From a virus (taxonomy: Duplodnaviria > Heunggongvirae > Uroviricota > Caudoviricetes): a stretch of 24,954 nucleotides of DNA. The stretch's first letter is position 1, and every line of letters starts with the position of its first letter. Under the pieces are notes generated by a model. That model saw nothing but the letters and a program-made list of their open reading frames with translations, did no database searches and had not been told where the DNA came from. Location of the stretch: the IMG/VR virus record IMGVR_UViG_2706794665_000003. One strand, 5' to 3'. The translations under genes and the position numbers were made by a program. Below are positions 1 through 9,107 of this stretch, piece by piece.

Positions 1-90
1 GAACAGGAGGGACAGCTGATAGAAACAGAAGCCACTGGAGCACCTCAAAAACACCATCATACACTAAATCAGTAAGTTGGCAGCATCACC
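1..90 (-). mobile_element. IS1 insertion sequence, terminal fragment; element continues beyond the window start
   Basis: Reverse complement of 1..90 matches the first 90 nt of IS1 as I recall it (GGTGATGCTGCCAACTTACTGATTTAGTGTATGATGG...), with the terminal inverted repeat at 68..90. Minus strand 35..1 reads GTG GCT TCT GTT TCT ATC AGC TGT CCC TCC TGT = (M)ASVSISCPSC, the InsA N-terminus. Confidence 0.85.
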
Positions 91-839
91 AGCCTTCTTG
101 AGGCTACCACCTGTTTTCAGGTGTCATTCAGACGTGATTTGCCCCAGATTGGGAAAGCACGCTTTTTTCTCAGCTATCGTCCTCTTATTTTGCCGTTACA
201 TTTCTTTTTGCATTCTAATGATTAATTTACAATAATAATATCGGTAATTATTGAGTAATAATAAATTAATTATTGCAAATGTAATTTAATTCCATCTTCG
301 CGTTATATTCCAATCTTTAATCTCCGCATGGAACAAGTTGCATGCGTGACTATATTAAGACGACTTATAACCACCAAAACATTTGCTTTGCAAGCAAAAA
401 CAGTGACCATTGACTCTAAGAAAATTCCGATCTATTGTTAGGGTCATCAAAGTTACTTAACAGTATTCCGAAATGAAAATACAAAGCAAGCTAATTGTCT
501 TATTAAACATTATTATTGCATTTATATTATTTGAGCTTTTAGCTCAAAAATTTGGTTTGAGTACATTATTTTAAAGCAAGATAAACAATATCGGGCACTC
601 TAGTTTTTATAATTAACAATTAAACGTCCATAAAATGTTATTTACTTTTCTTCGCTATTGTCATATCTTAATATAGTGGCTTACGCCACTCTACTTTCAT
701 CACATTTTGTACGTTTATGTACTCGCCATGAAGCTCTTTCATGGCGATTTTTTATTCTTAATCCAAGAACATACTCCCTACCTATAGCAAAATCACTTTT
801 TTAACAAAAGAATAACGTATTTAGGTAATCATTACGAAT
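91..839. other. AT-rich region with no ORF of 60 aa or more, between the IS1 end and the tfa stop
   Basis: Visibly low GC compared with the flanking phage genes; the six-frame track lists no ORF here; contains promoter-like hexamers, small ORFs and a plus-strand terminator-like hairpin. Confidence 0.6.
724..756 (+). terminator. Candidate intrinsic terminator for plus-strand transcription
   Basis: Perfect 9-bp inverted repeat CGCCATGAA (724..732) / TTCATGGCG (738..746) with 5-nt loop, followed by ATTTTTTATT (747..756). Confidence 0.5.
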
Positions 840-1421
840 TTACCCTATAGGTGCTACTGGCCATTCAATATCCGGTGCAGTTGATGTATCAACACGGTTC
901 AGCAACACCCGATACTTTTTCCAAGCTTCCAGCAACAAGGTTTCTTTCTCCGTTGCGATCTCCAGATCCACAGCATCCTGAAGCGGCGCTATATGCTCAC
1001 TGGCTACCTGCATCAGGCTGTTTTTTGTTTCTTCCGCCTCCCGGATCCGGAACAGTTTTTCTGCTTCCGTATCCTTCACCCAGGCTGTGCCGTTCCACTT
1101 CTGAAACTCCCCTTCCGGGGATAACCAGGTGACATTTTCCGGTAATGAGCCGAGTTCAGAAATAAATAACGCGTCGCCGGAAGCCACGTCATAAACCGTT
1201 TTACCCCGATGATCTTCAACGAGATGCCACGATGACTCATCACTGTTGAAAACAGCCACGAAACCAGCCGGAATATCTGGCGGTGCAATATCGGTACTGT
1301 TTGCAGGCAGACCTGTATGAGGCGGAATATATGCGTCACCTTCACCAATAAATTCATTAGTTCCGGCCAGCAGGTTATAAATTTTTATGGTCCGTGCTTG
1401 TTCACTCATTCTGAATGCCAT
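840..1421 (-). CDS. tfa: Tail fiber assembly protein Tfa
   Basis: 193-aa ORF; MAFRMSEQ...[34 protein letters not shown]... matches lambda Tfa as I recall it over nearly the full length. Start ATG overlaps the stf stop by 1 nt (TAATG). Confidence 0.93.
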   Translation of the reverse strand: MAFRMSEQARTIKIYNLLAGTNEFIGEGDAYIPPHTGLPANSTDIAPPDIPAGFVAVFNSDESSWHLVEDHRGKTVYDVASGDALFISELGSLPENVTWLSPEGEFQKWNGTAWVKDTEAEKLFRIREAEETKNSLMQVASEHIAPLQDAVDLEIATEKETLLLEAWKKYRVLLNRVDTSTAPDIEWPVAPIG

Positions 1422-4400
1422 TATGCGAGCCTCACAATATAGTTAAATGCGATGTTTTTGACGGTGTTTTCCGCGTTACCAGCAGCGTTAACGGTGATGG
1501 TGTGTCCATGTGAACCAATCGCAACAGAGTGCGTATGAGCACCAATACCGACAGTATGCGCGTGTGCACCCGCAGATGCTGCTGTGCCGGACAGTGAGTG
1601 TGTATGGTTTCCTTCTGAAGATGATTTACCTACCCATTGGGAGGTGCCACTGGTTAATGAGCCACTGATACCAACCTGATTAGTCCCGCTAACTTGAGTA
1701 CTCCCTGCCGGAAACATTCCAGTAGGTTGACTCCCGCTATTCGTTCTGGGCCCAGTCTGACTATGTTGGTGGGCCCCAGCTGAACTTGTAGAGCCGCTCA
1801 GACTGTGCGTATGCGCCCCGGTGTTATTCGTGGATTTAGTGCCGTAATCAAACGACGATGTGGTTTTCGTCCCCAAATCCGTACTGGATGCGCTGGCGCT
1901 GTGGGTGTGCGATTTAATGCCATCCTGTTCCTGAGACAATACGGCACGACCACTGGCGGGCTTGCCCTTAATCGTCCAGCCACGCATATCAGGGATCACG
2001 CCTGACGGATAAGCGGCTGCAAGTTTCGGGTAAGCAGATTTGTCAAAAGTCTGCCCCTGCATCAGGGCATAACCAGACGGAACGGTATCTGATGGCCACG
2101 GGATTGGTGCACCGACTGGATAAAACTCTGCAGGAGGATGAGCCGAGGTGTAAAGCTGCGCCCACGGCGACCAGTTTGCGTCGGTCGTATCCCGTCGTGA
2201 ACGAATAAATGCCGGAGCATGAGCACCGCTTGTACCACTCCAGCCGATGAGTAACTCACCTTCGCCAACGGCTGTCATCCCTTTCAGGTGAATGATATTT
2301 CCATACGCTGTTGGATATCCGTTGTTATACACCTCGTATAACTCAAGACCTGCTGCCCCCTGCGTATTGTCTGTCAGCGCGGCTACCCGACCTTTTGAAG
2401 CCAGATTAACTGATGATACTGCTGTTCCACCTGACGGTAGCGCCCCGATCTCTGATGCCGTTGGCTTATTTCTGGAGTTATAGTCCCTTCGCCAGCCAGG
2501 TGAATAATCTGTTCCGTGATTAATATAGGTAAACTGGGCGTTGGTTGTTCCGCCACCGCTGGATGTGGTCGGAGTGGTAATGCGGATCGTCATCGCTGAC
2601 TTTATCCCCATTACTTCAATGACAGCTCCGGCGAGATGAATATTACCGCAGCCAGTATCAGTAATGATTTTATTATTGCCATAAGACCAGGAACCCTTGC
2701 ACATCCAGTATGGATGGTTAAATGCTCCCTGAGAATCCAGCCACTCGATAAACTGTGCAGTCGTCCAGTTTCCTGTTGTTGTGCTTACTGACCCACCGAA
2801 GGCACGGCAGGCACCAATATTTTTCGTAAAGGTGTCTTTGCCAGGGATATCCGCACCGTTCTGATCTTTCTGCAGACGTTTCTCAGCATTGTCATTGGCT
2901 GCTTTTACTGCCTTTGGCGTTGCCGCCAGCGTTTCAGACGTGCTGTTGGTCGCGCTGCTTAGCTGGATTATCCCTTTCTGTGCTGTCGTTGCATCCTGTG
3001 CGGTGTATTTCCCGTTAGCCAGGTCATACGCGGCCTTAACGGCTTTTGGTGTTGCCGCCAGTGACTCGGAAGTGCTGTTAGTCGCACTACTGAGCTGTAC
3101 TATCCCCTTTTTCGTCGTGCTCGCATCCTCAAGCGCCACGGCGGATGCAATATCCTCTGCCCGTTTTGCCGCTGTCTCAGCGCGCGTTGCTGCAGATTCC
3201 GCCGTACTTTTGCTCTGAGCTGCTGCCGTCGCACTACCAGCAGCCTCTGTCGCCTTCGTGGATGCCGTCGTGGCGCTGCCCTTCGCTGCTGACGCCTGTC
3301 TGGTCGCCTCATCTTTTGAAGCAGACGCCGATGATGCCGATGACGCCGCCGAACTGGCGGACGATGCGGCAGCCGTTTTTGAGGATTCTGCACGGGTTTC
3401 CGACGCTTTCGCGTTCGTTTCGGATGTCTTCGCTGCGGAAGCTGACCTCGCTGCTGCCGTGGCCTGCTCAGTGGCTTCGCCAGCCTTCGTTGTGGCTGTT
3501 GAAGCGGATGATGCGGCGCTTTCTGCCGATTTTCCGGCGGCGGTGGCACTGGCTGAGGCCTGCCCGGCACTTGTTGACGCGGCGCTGGCAGACGACGCAG
3601 CCGCTGTTTTTGAGCCTGCCGCAGCTGAGGCACTCTGTCCCGCTGCCGTTTCAGAAGACCTGGCGTTCGTCTCGGACGTTTTGGCCGCCTTCGCAGAATT
3701 TGCAGCCGCCGTCGCCGAGGAAGCTGCGCTACTGGCGCTTGATGATGCGTTCGTTTCTGATGATTTTGCCGCCTCTTTTGAAGCCGACGCATCCCGGGCT
3801 GAGGTGGCAGCTTCTGACGCTTTCGTGGTCGCGGTGGATGCAGAAGTGGCTGCTGATTGTTGTGACGCTGCCGCATTCGTTTCTAACGTTTTCGCCGCAC
3901 CGGCACTGGTAGCCGCCGCGCTTTTTGAGGACTCTGCAGCGGCAGCACTTTTTGAGGCTTCAGTGGCCTTTGTTGATGCCGTTCCTGCGCTGGAAGACGC
4001 TGACTGAGCCGACGAAGCGGCCTGTCCGGCTGACGTGCTGGCTGCACGTGCTGAATCTGCAGCATCAGTCGCATGGGTTGCCGCCTCACGGGCTGATGTG
4101 CTGGCATCGCTGGCTGATTTCTTCGCGGCTGCCGTGTTCTGTGCCACCGCGGACGCGTTACGCGCCACCTCTTCCACCATCAGCTCAAAACGGCGCAGTG
4201 CCTCCGGACGGGCATCATCCTCCGTCATGGCACCGAGAAAATCATTNNNNNNNNNNNNNNNNNNNNNNNNNNNNNNNNNNNNNNNNNNNNNNNNNNNNNN
4301 NNNNNNNNNNNNNNNNNNNNNNNNNNNNNNNNNNNNNNNNNNNNNNNNNNNNNNNNNNNNNNNNNNNNNNNNNNNNNNNNNNNNNNNNNNNNNNNNNNNN

Positions 4401-4506
4401 NNNNNNNNNNNNNNNNNNNNNNNNNNNNNNNNNNNNNNNNNNNNNNNNNNNNNNNNNNNNNNNNNNNNNNNNNNNNNNNNNNNNNNNNNNNNNNNNTTAC
4501 TGCCAT
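1421..4506 (-). CDS. stf: Side tail fiber protein Stf, enlarged; N-terminal region interrupted by gap 4247..4496
   Basis: Start ATG GCA GTA A (minus 4506..4497) directly after the post-lom terminator, as in lambda (MAV...). After the gap: [15 protein letters not shown]..., a long Ala/Ser/Thr-rich shaft, [14 protein letters not shown] motif twice, and a His-x-His-rich C-terminus ...[31 protein letters not shown]. The track ORF start at 4549 reads through the terminator hairpin and is not the real start. Total length is not a multiple of 3, so the gap does not preserve length. Confidence 0.88.
4247..4496. other. N-run (assembly gap or mask) inside the stf 5' region
   Basis: 250 consecutive N. 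Confidence 1.
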
Positions 4507-4515
4507 ATTCACCCC

Positions 4516-4544
4516 ACAAAAAAGCCCGCCTGAACCGGCGGGCT
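4516..4544 (-). terminator. Intrinsic terminator downstream of lom
   Basis: 8-bp stem AGCCCGCC (4523..4530) / GGCGGGCT (4537..4544), loop TGAACC; on the minus strand the hairpin is followed by TTTTTTGTGGGG. Same arrangement as in lambda between lom and stf. Confidence 0.75.
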
Positions 4545-4570
4545 GTCATAACACTGTGTTACCTGGCTAA

Positions 4571-5067
4571 TCAGAATTTATAACCGACACCCACGATGAA
4601 ACCGTCAGTGCGCCAGAGACGTGTTGCTGTGGCGACCGTCATCACTTCCGGTCAGCACATCGTGCGTTTTCCCCTTATNNNNNNNNNNNNNNNNNNNNNN
4701 NNNNNNNNNNNNNNNNNNNNNNNNNNNNNNNNNNNNNNNNNNNNNNNNNNNNNNNNNNNNNNNNNNNNNNNNNNNNNNNNNNNNNNNNNNNNNNNNNNNN
4801 NNNNNNNNNNNNNNNNNNNNNNNNNNNNNNNNNNNNNNNNNNNNNNNNNNNNNNNNNNNNNNNNNNNNNNNNNNNNNNNNNNNNNNNNNNNNNNNNNNNN
4901 NNNNNNNNNNNNNNNNNNNNGTTCAGATCATCACTGCCGGGAACGTTGGTCCGGGCATGAAGATACCCCGCGCTCAGCGTGGACTGATGTTCAGACGCCC
5001 ATGCAGGCGCACCGGATACGGCCAGGCAAATGGCTGCGGACAAAATGGCTGCACAAACTTTACGCAT
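4571..5067 (-). CDS. lom: Lom outer-membrane protein (Ail/OmpX-like family), interrupted by gap 4679..4920
   Basis: N-terminus MRKVCAAILSAAICLAVSGAPAWA/SEHQSTLSAGYLHA has a signal peptide with an AxA cleavage site and matches lambda Lom. C-terminus after the gap ends ...GVGYKF-stop, an outer-membrane beta-barrel style terminal Phe. Shine-Dalgarno GAGAGG lies upstream of the ATG. Confidence 0.85.
4679..4920. other. N-run inside lom
   Basis: 242 consecutive N; the lom frame differs on the two sides. Confidence 1.
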
Positions 5068-5091
5068 AATTACCTCTCGCTTTTCTGCAAT

Positions 5092-5115
5092 AAAAAAGGC
5101 GTCATTCCTGACGCC
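5092..5115 (-). terminator. Intrinsic terminator between J and lom
   Basis: 7-bp stem GGCGTCA (5098..5104) / TGACGCC (5109..5115), loop TTCC; on the minus strand followed by a run of six T (5092..5097). Confidence 0.75.
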
Positions 5116-5137
5116 ATTTATTGGGGTTATAAATATT

Positions 5138-8100
5138 TCAACGAATACTGATGCCGGAAGCCGCTTTTTTGGTCACAATCACCGTACAGTCGGTGATATT
5201 GCCTGCCCCCTGATTGCCTTTCTGGAAAATCTTAAACTCCAGAGTGACGCTACCACCACCACTAGGCATATCAATAACTGCACTGTAACTACCGGGAATG
5301 GCACCTTTAGTTTCTCTGGATGCGATTAATACGCCGTTTTTGCGAACTTCAAAACCATAACCCGTGTATCGCGTGCCTCCTGGGTTATTTCCGCTCCCCG
5401 GATCGTCATACGCTATACCGTTAAAAATAATGGGCGGAATAATAATCTGGCGGTCAAAGTTATGATCATCGCTTATGGTGACTGTAACCGTCCCGTTTGG
5501 TGTTTCCGTGTTACCCCACGTACCAGCCTGTTTCGGAAATGATTTGGATACAGCTTTAACGAAGTCACCTCTGACCTGAGTCGCCTCCAGCATGCCCTTA
5601 ATCGTACAGTTTTCATTTACCGTGACATTGTTGAGCGTCCCGGCGTTCGCATTCACACTGCCACTGATATCCGCATTTTTAGCGGTCAGCTTTCCGTCCG
5701 GAGTCAGGGAAAATGCCGATGGATTTCCACCGCTGGTAATGGTGGGGGCCGTCAGGCGTTTCAGGAACACGTCGTTCATGAATATCTGATCGCCCTGACC
5801 AACAAACATCGGTTTTGTGTTGCCATTCGCAGGATTAACCATCGCAATCCTGTCCGCCGCCAGCAGCACCTGACTCTGCATGCCGTCAGGGGTGTTCTCA
5901 ATACCGGCACCAATACCCGCGATATAAAGGCGTCCGTCCTGCATCTGCTGCAGCTTCACAGCCCACATGCTGTTCAGGTTATTATTTGNNNNNNNNNNNN
6001 NNNNNNNNNNNNNNNNNNNNNNNNNNNNNNNNNNNNNNNNNNNNNNNNNNNNNNNNNNNNNNNNNNNNNNNNNNNNNNNNNNNNNNNNNNNNNNNNNNNN
6101 NNNNNNNNNNNNNNNNNNNNNNNNNNNNNNNNNNNNNNNNNNNNNNNNNNNNNNNNNNNNNNNNNNNNNNNNNNNNNNNNNNNNNNNNNNNNNNNNNNNN
6201 NNNNNNNNNNNNNNNNNNNNNNNNNNNNNNNNNCGGTGCGGCAATCCGGAACGATACCGACGCCGGATCGCCCTGCTGCCCCCACGCATTTACTGCCCGG
6301 ACTGTCAGCCTGTAGTTCCCCAGCGCCAGTTGTGTGAAGCGGTAAGTGGTTTCCGTCGTCCGGGCCGTGCTGACCAGCCGCTCACTGCCGTCATCCGCTG
6401 TTACGGTCAGACGGAGCAGGAAGCTCACGCCCTTCACCACCTTCGGCGTGTCCCAGCGCGCCAGCACCTGATATTCCCCGCTGTCTGCGGTGACTTCGGC
6501 AGTCAGGTGCTGCACCGCTGGCGGCGTGACACCATTCACCGTGCCGCTCTGGTCGCCGTCAAAGTGCGCCCCGTTATCCACGATGGCTTCTTTTTCCGGC
6601 ACATGCTGCACGGCGGTGATGGCATACGTGCCGTCGTCGTTCTCACGGATACTCACGCAGCGGAACAATCGCTGGTGCAGCGTCGGCAGCTTCAGCCCCC
6701 ACACGCTGTATTCAGCAACACCGTCAGGAACACGGCTCACTTTTACCTTCACGCCGTCGGTGACGGACTGGACCTCCACGCTGACCGGATTCCCCTGCCC
6801 GTCAACCAGGCTTATCAGCGTGGTGCCGGAGGATGGCAGCGTGATTTCACGGTCGAGCGTCAGCGTCCGGGTCTGGCTGTTCACCGCCAGCACGCGCCCG
6901 CCGGTGCGGATACCGGCATAGTCATCATCGCAGATTTCAATGACATCGCCCGGTACATGACGAAGCCCTTCAGCACCCACGCTGAAATCCACGGTCTGCG
7001 TCTCCAGCAGTTCCGTTTTAATCAGCCACAGCCCGGCGCGGTGTGCCTGCCCCCGGCTGGTACAGCCAAAGGCATCCATCTTCGTGACGTTACGACCGTA
7101 ACGGACAATGGCCTGCGTATCCTCCACAAGCTCTGTCGCCGTCTCCCAGCCGTTATCCGGGTCAATCCAGTTCACCTCAACGGCATTATGGCGGTCTTTC
7201 AGGGCGCTGAAACTGTAGCGGAACGGCGCGCCATCATCCGGCATCACCACATTACTGCGGTTATAGGCCCACACCTTATCCGACTGTCGGTCCTGCACGA
7301 ACGTCAGCGTCTGCCCGTTCCATACCGGCATACAGCGCATCGCCGAGCAGAAATCACTGAGCACATCCCACGCCTTGCGCTGTGTGGTCAGCCAGGCATT
7401 ACAGGTGATGCGCGGCTCCGTGCTGCCAAAGCCGTCCGGCACCGACTGGTCACAGTACTGGCCGATGACATACAGCGCCCATTTATCCACATCTGCCGCA
7501 CCAAGACGTTTCCCCATGCCATAGCGCGGATGGGTCAGCATATCCCACAGACACCAGGCCATGTTGTTGCTGTATGCCGGTTTTAACGTTCCGTCCCAGA
7601 TACCGCTGTATTGCCGCGTCTGCGGATTATAGTTCGACGGCACCTGCAGAATGCGCCCGCGAAGATGATAATTACGGCTCACCTGCTGGCTGCCGAACTG
7701 CTCCGAATCCACCTGTACGCCGACCAGTGCCGTGTTCGGGTAGCACTGTTTCACATCGATGATTTCGGTGTATGACGACCAGAGCGTTTTGTTCTGCAGC
7801 TGGTCTGTGGTGCTGTCCGGCGTCATTCTGCGCATCCGGATATTAAACGGGCGCGGCGGCAGGTTATCCACCACCACCGAGGCCAGATACTGCGAGGTGG
7901 TTTTGCCCTTAATGGTGATGTCTTTTTCCGTCACCCAGCCACCGTTACGCTGTATCTGAACCAGCAGGCGAACTTCAGACGGATTCCTGTCTCCCTTTGA
8001 GGTGGTTTCCACCAGTGCCTGTACACCGAAGGTAAAACGCAGTCGGTCAATGTTTGCCGACGTGATGGTCCGGGTGATCGGCGTGTCATATTTCACTTCC

Positions 8101-8375
8101 GTACCCAGCACCGTCTCGGAGCCGGAGGATTCAAATCCCTCCGGCGGTGACTGCTCCTGCTCACCTGCCCGGAACACCACCGTGACGCCGGAGATGTTGG
8201 TATTCCCCTCACTGTCCAGCACCGGCGTACTGTTCAGCAGCACGCTTTTTAATCCATCCACCGGACCTTCAACCGGCCCTTCGCTGATGGCATCGATCAC
8301 ACTCAGCAGCTGCGTGGACTTCAGGTTGTCCTTCGCTTCGCGCGGGGTATGCCCCTTACTGCTGCCTTTACCCAT
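5138..8375 (-). CDS. J: Tail tip / host specificity protein J, interrupted by gap 5989..6233
   Basis: N-terminal 797 aa (MGKGSSKGHTPREAKDNLKSTQLL...) near-identical to lambda gpJ as I recall it. The ORF after the gap continues with ...WAVKLQQMQDGRLYIAGIG...FMNDVFLKRLTAPTITSGGNP..., i.e. the J C-terminal region, with a diverged final ~150 aa. Frames differ across the gap. Confidence 0.92.
5989..6233. other. N-run inside J
   Basis: 245 consecutive N. Confidence 1.
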
Positions 8376-8435
8376 TCGTCATGCTCCATAAACGATAAAA
8401 CCGCCCGGAGGCGATTTCACATAAAACATTTTGCA

Positions 8436-9107
8436 TCAGCGACCAATCACCACAACCTGACCACCGTCCCCTTCGTCTGCCGTGCTGATCTCCTGAGATA
8501 CCACACGTGACCCCACGCGCATTTCACCATACAGAACAGGCATAACATTGCCCTGGGCAACCATGTTATCCAGTGAGGAGAAATAGGTGTTCTGCTTACC
8601 GTTATCCGTTGTCTGTGTGCGGGGAGTTCTGGCTTTCGGTGCCAGCATCTGAGCCACACCGCCGAGCACCATACTGGCACCGAGAGAAAACAGAATGCCG
8701 GTCATACCACCGGCACCAATGGCAGCCCCCCATGCTGCAAGGGTGGCTCCGGCGGTAAAGAATGATCCGGCAATGGCGGCTGCTCCCAGGACAATCTGGA
8801 ATACACCACCTGACTTGGCCCCGGCGACTCTGGGAACAATATGAATCACAGCGCCGTCAGGCAGAGCCTCATGTAACTGTGCCGTTAATCCGGACGTGCT
8901 AACATCCTGCCCGGCAATACGCACCTGATACCAGCCGTCGCTCAGCTTCTGACGAAACGCAGGGAGCTGTGTGGCCATCGCCCGGATGGCTTCGGCACCC
9001 GTTTTCACACGAAGGTCGATGCGGCGGCCAAATCGTTGCAAATCCCCGTAAAGGCAGATGCGTGCCATGCCCGGTGACGCCAGAGGGAGTGTGTGCGTCG
9101 CTGCCAT
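8436..9107 (-). CDS. I: Tail assembly protein I
   Basis: 223-aa ORF MAATHTLPLASPGMARICLYGDLQRFGRRIDLRVKTGAEAIRAM..., near-identical to lambda gpI; 60-nt spacer before the J start as in lambda. Confidence 0.95.
   Translation of the reverse strand: MAATHTLPLASPGMARICLYGDLQRFGRRIDLRVKTGAEAIRAMATQLPAFRQKLSDGWYQVRIAGQDVSTSGLTAQLHEALPDGAVIHIVPRVAGAKSGGVFQIVLGAAAIAGSFFTAGATLAAWGAAIGAGGMTGILFSLGASMVLGGVAQMLAPKARTPRTQTTDNGKQNTYFSSLDNMVAQGNVMPVLYGEMRVGSRVVSQEISTADEGDGGQVVVIGR

Noticed and set aside
107-122. Perfect palindrome CACCTG-TTTT-CAGGTG as a terminator
   Set aside because: There is no T-run after the hairpin on either strand; it may be a protein-binding site or chance, and there is not enough evidence to annotate it.
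130-200. Possible attachment-site core (GCTTTTTT... at about 160) marking the prophage end
   Set aside because: Only the GCTTTTTT octamer matches the lambda att core; the rest differs and no integrase gene is in the window, so the attachment site cannot be called.
3100-4007. Long ORFs overlapping stf on both strands (3100..3876 minus, 3145..3912 plus, 3258..4007 plus, 2889..3218 plus)
   Set aside because: They lie inside the Ala/Ser-rich repeat region of stf, give Arg/Pro/Gln-rich or Ala/Asp-rich low-complexity translations, and have no ribosome binding sites. They are compositional artifacts.
4507-4549. Track ORF start at 4549 ([17 protein letters not shown]) as the Stf start
   Set aside because: This extension reads through the post-lom terminator hairpin; the lambda-equivalent start ATG GCA GTA is at 4506 just downstream of the terminator T-run.
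5138-6289. ORF 5138..6289 as an independent 383-aa gene (MRGGSRAIRRRYRSGLPH...)
   Set aside because: Its N-terminal residues are read-through into the N-run; after the gap it is the C-terminal part of J, not a separate gene.
5967-7586. 539-aa plus-strand ORF antisense to J
   Set aside because: It spans an N-run and lies entirely within the well-supported J coding region; Arg/His/Pro-rich translation typical of an antisense frame in GC-rich coding DNA.
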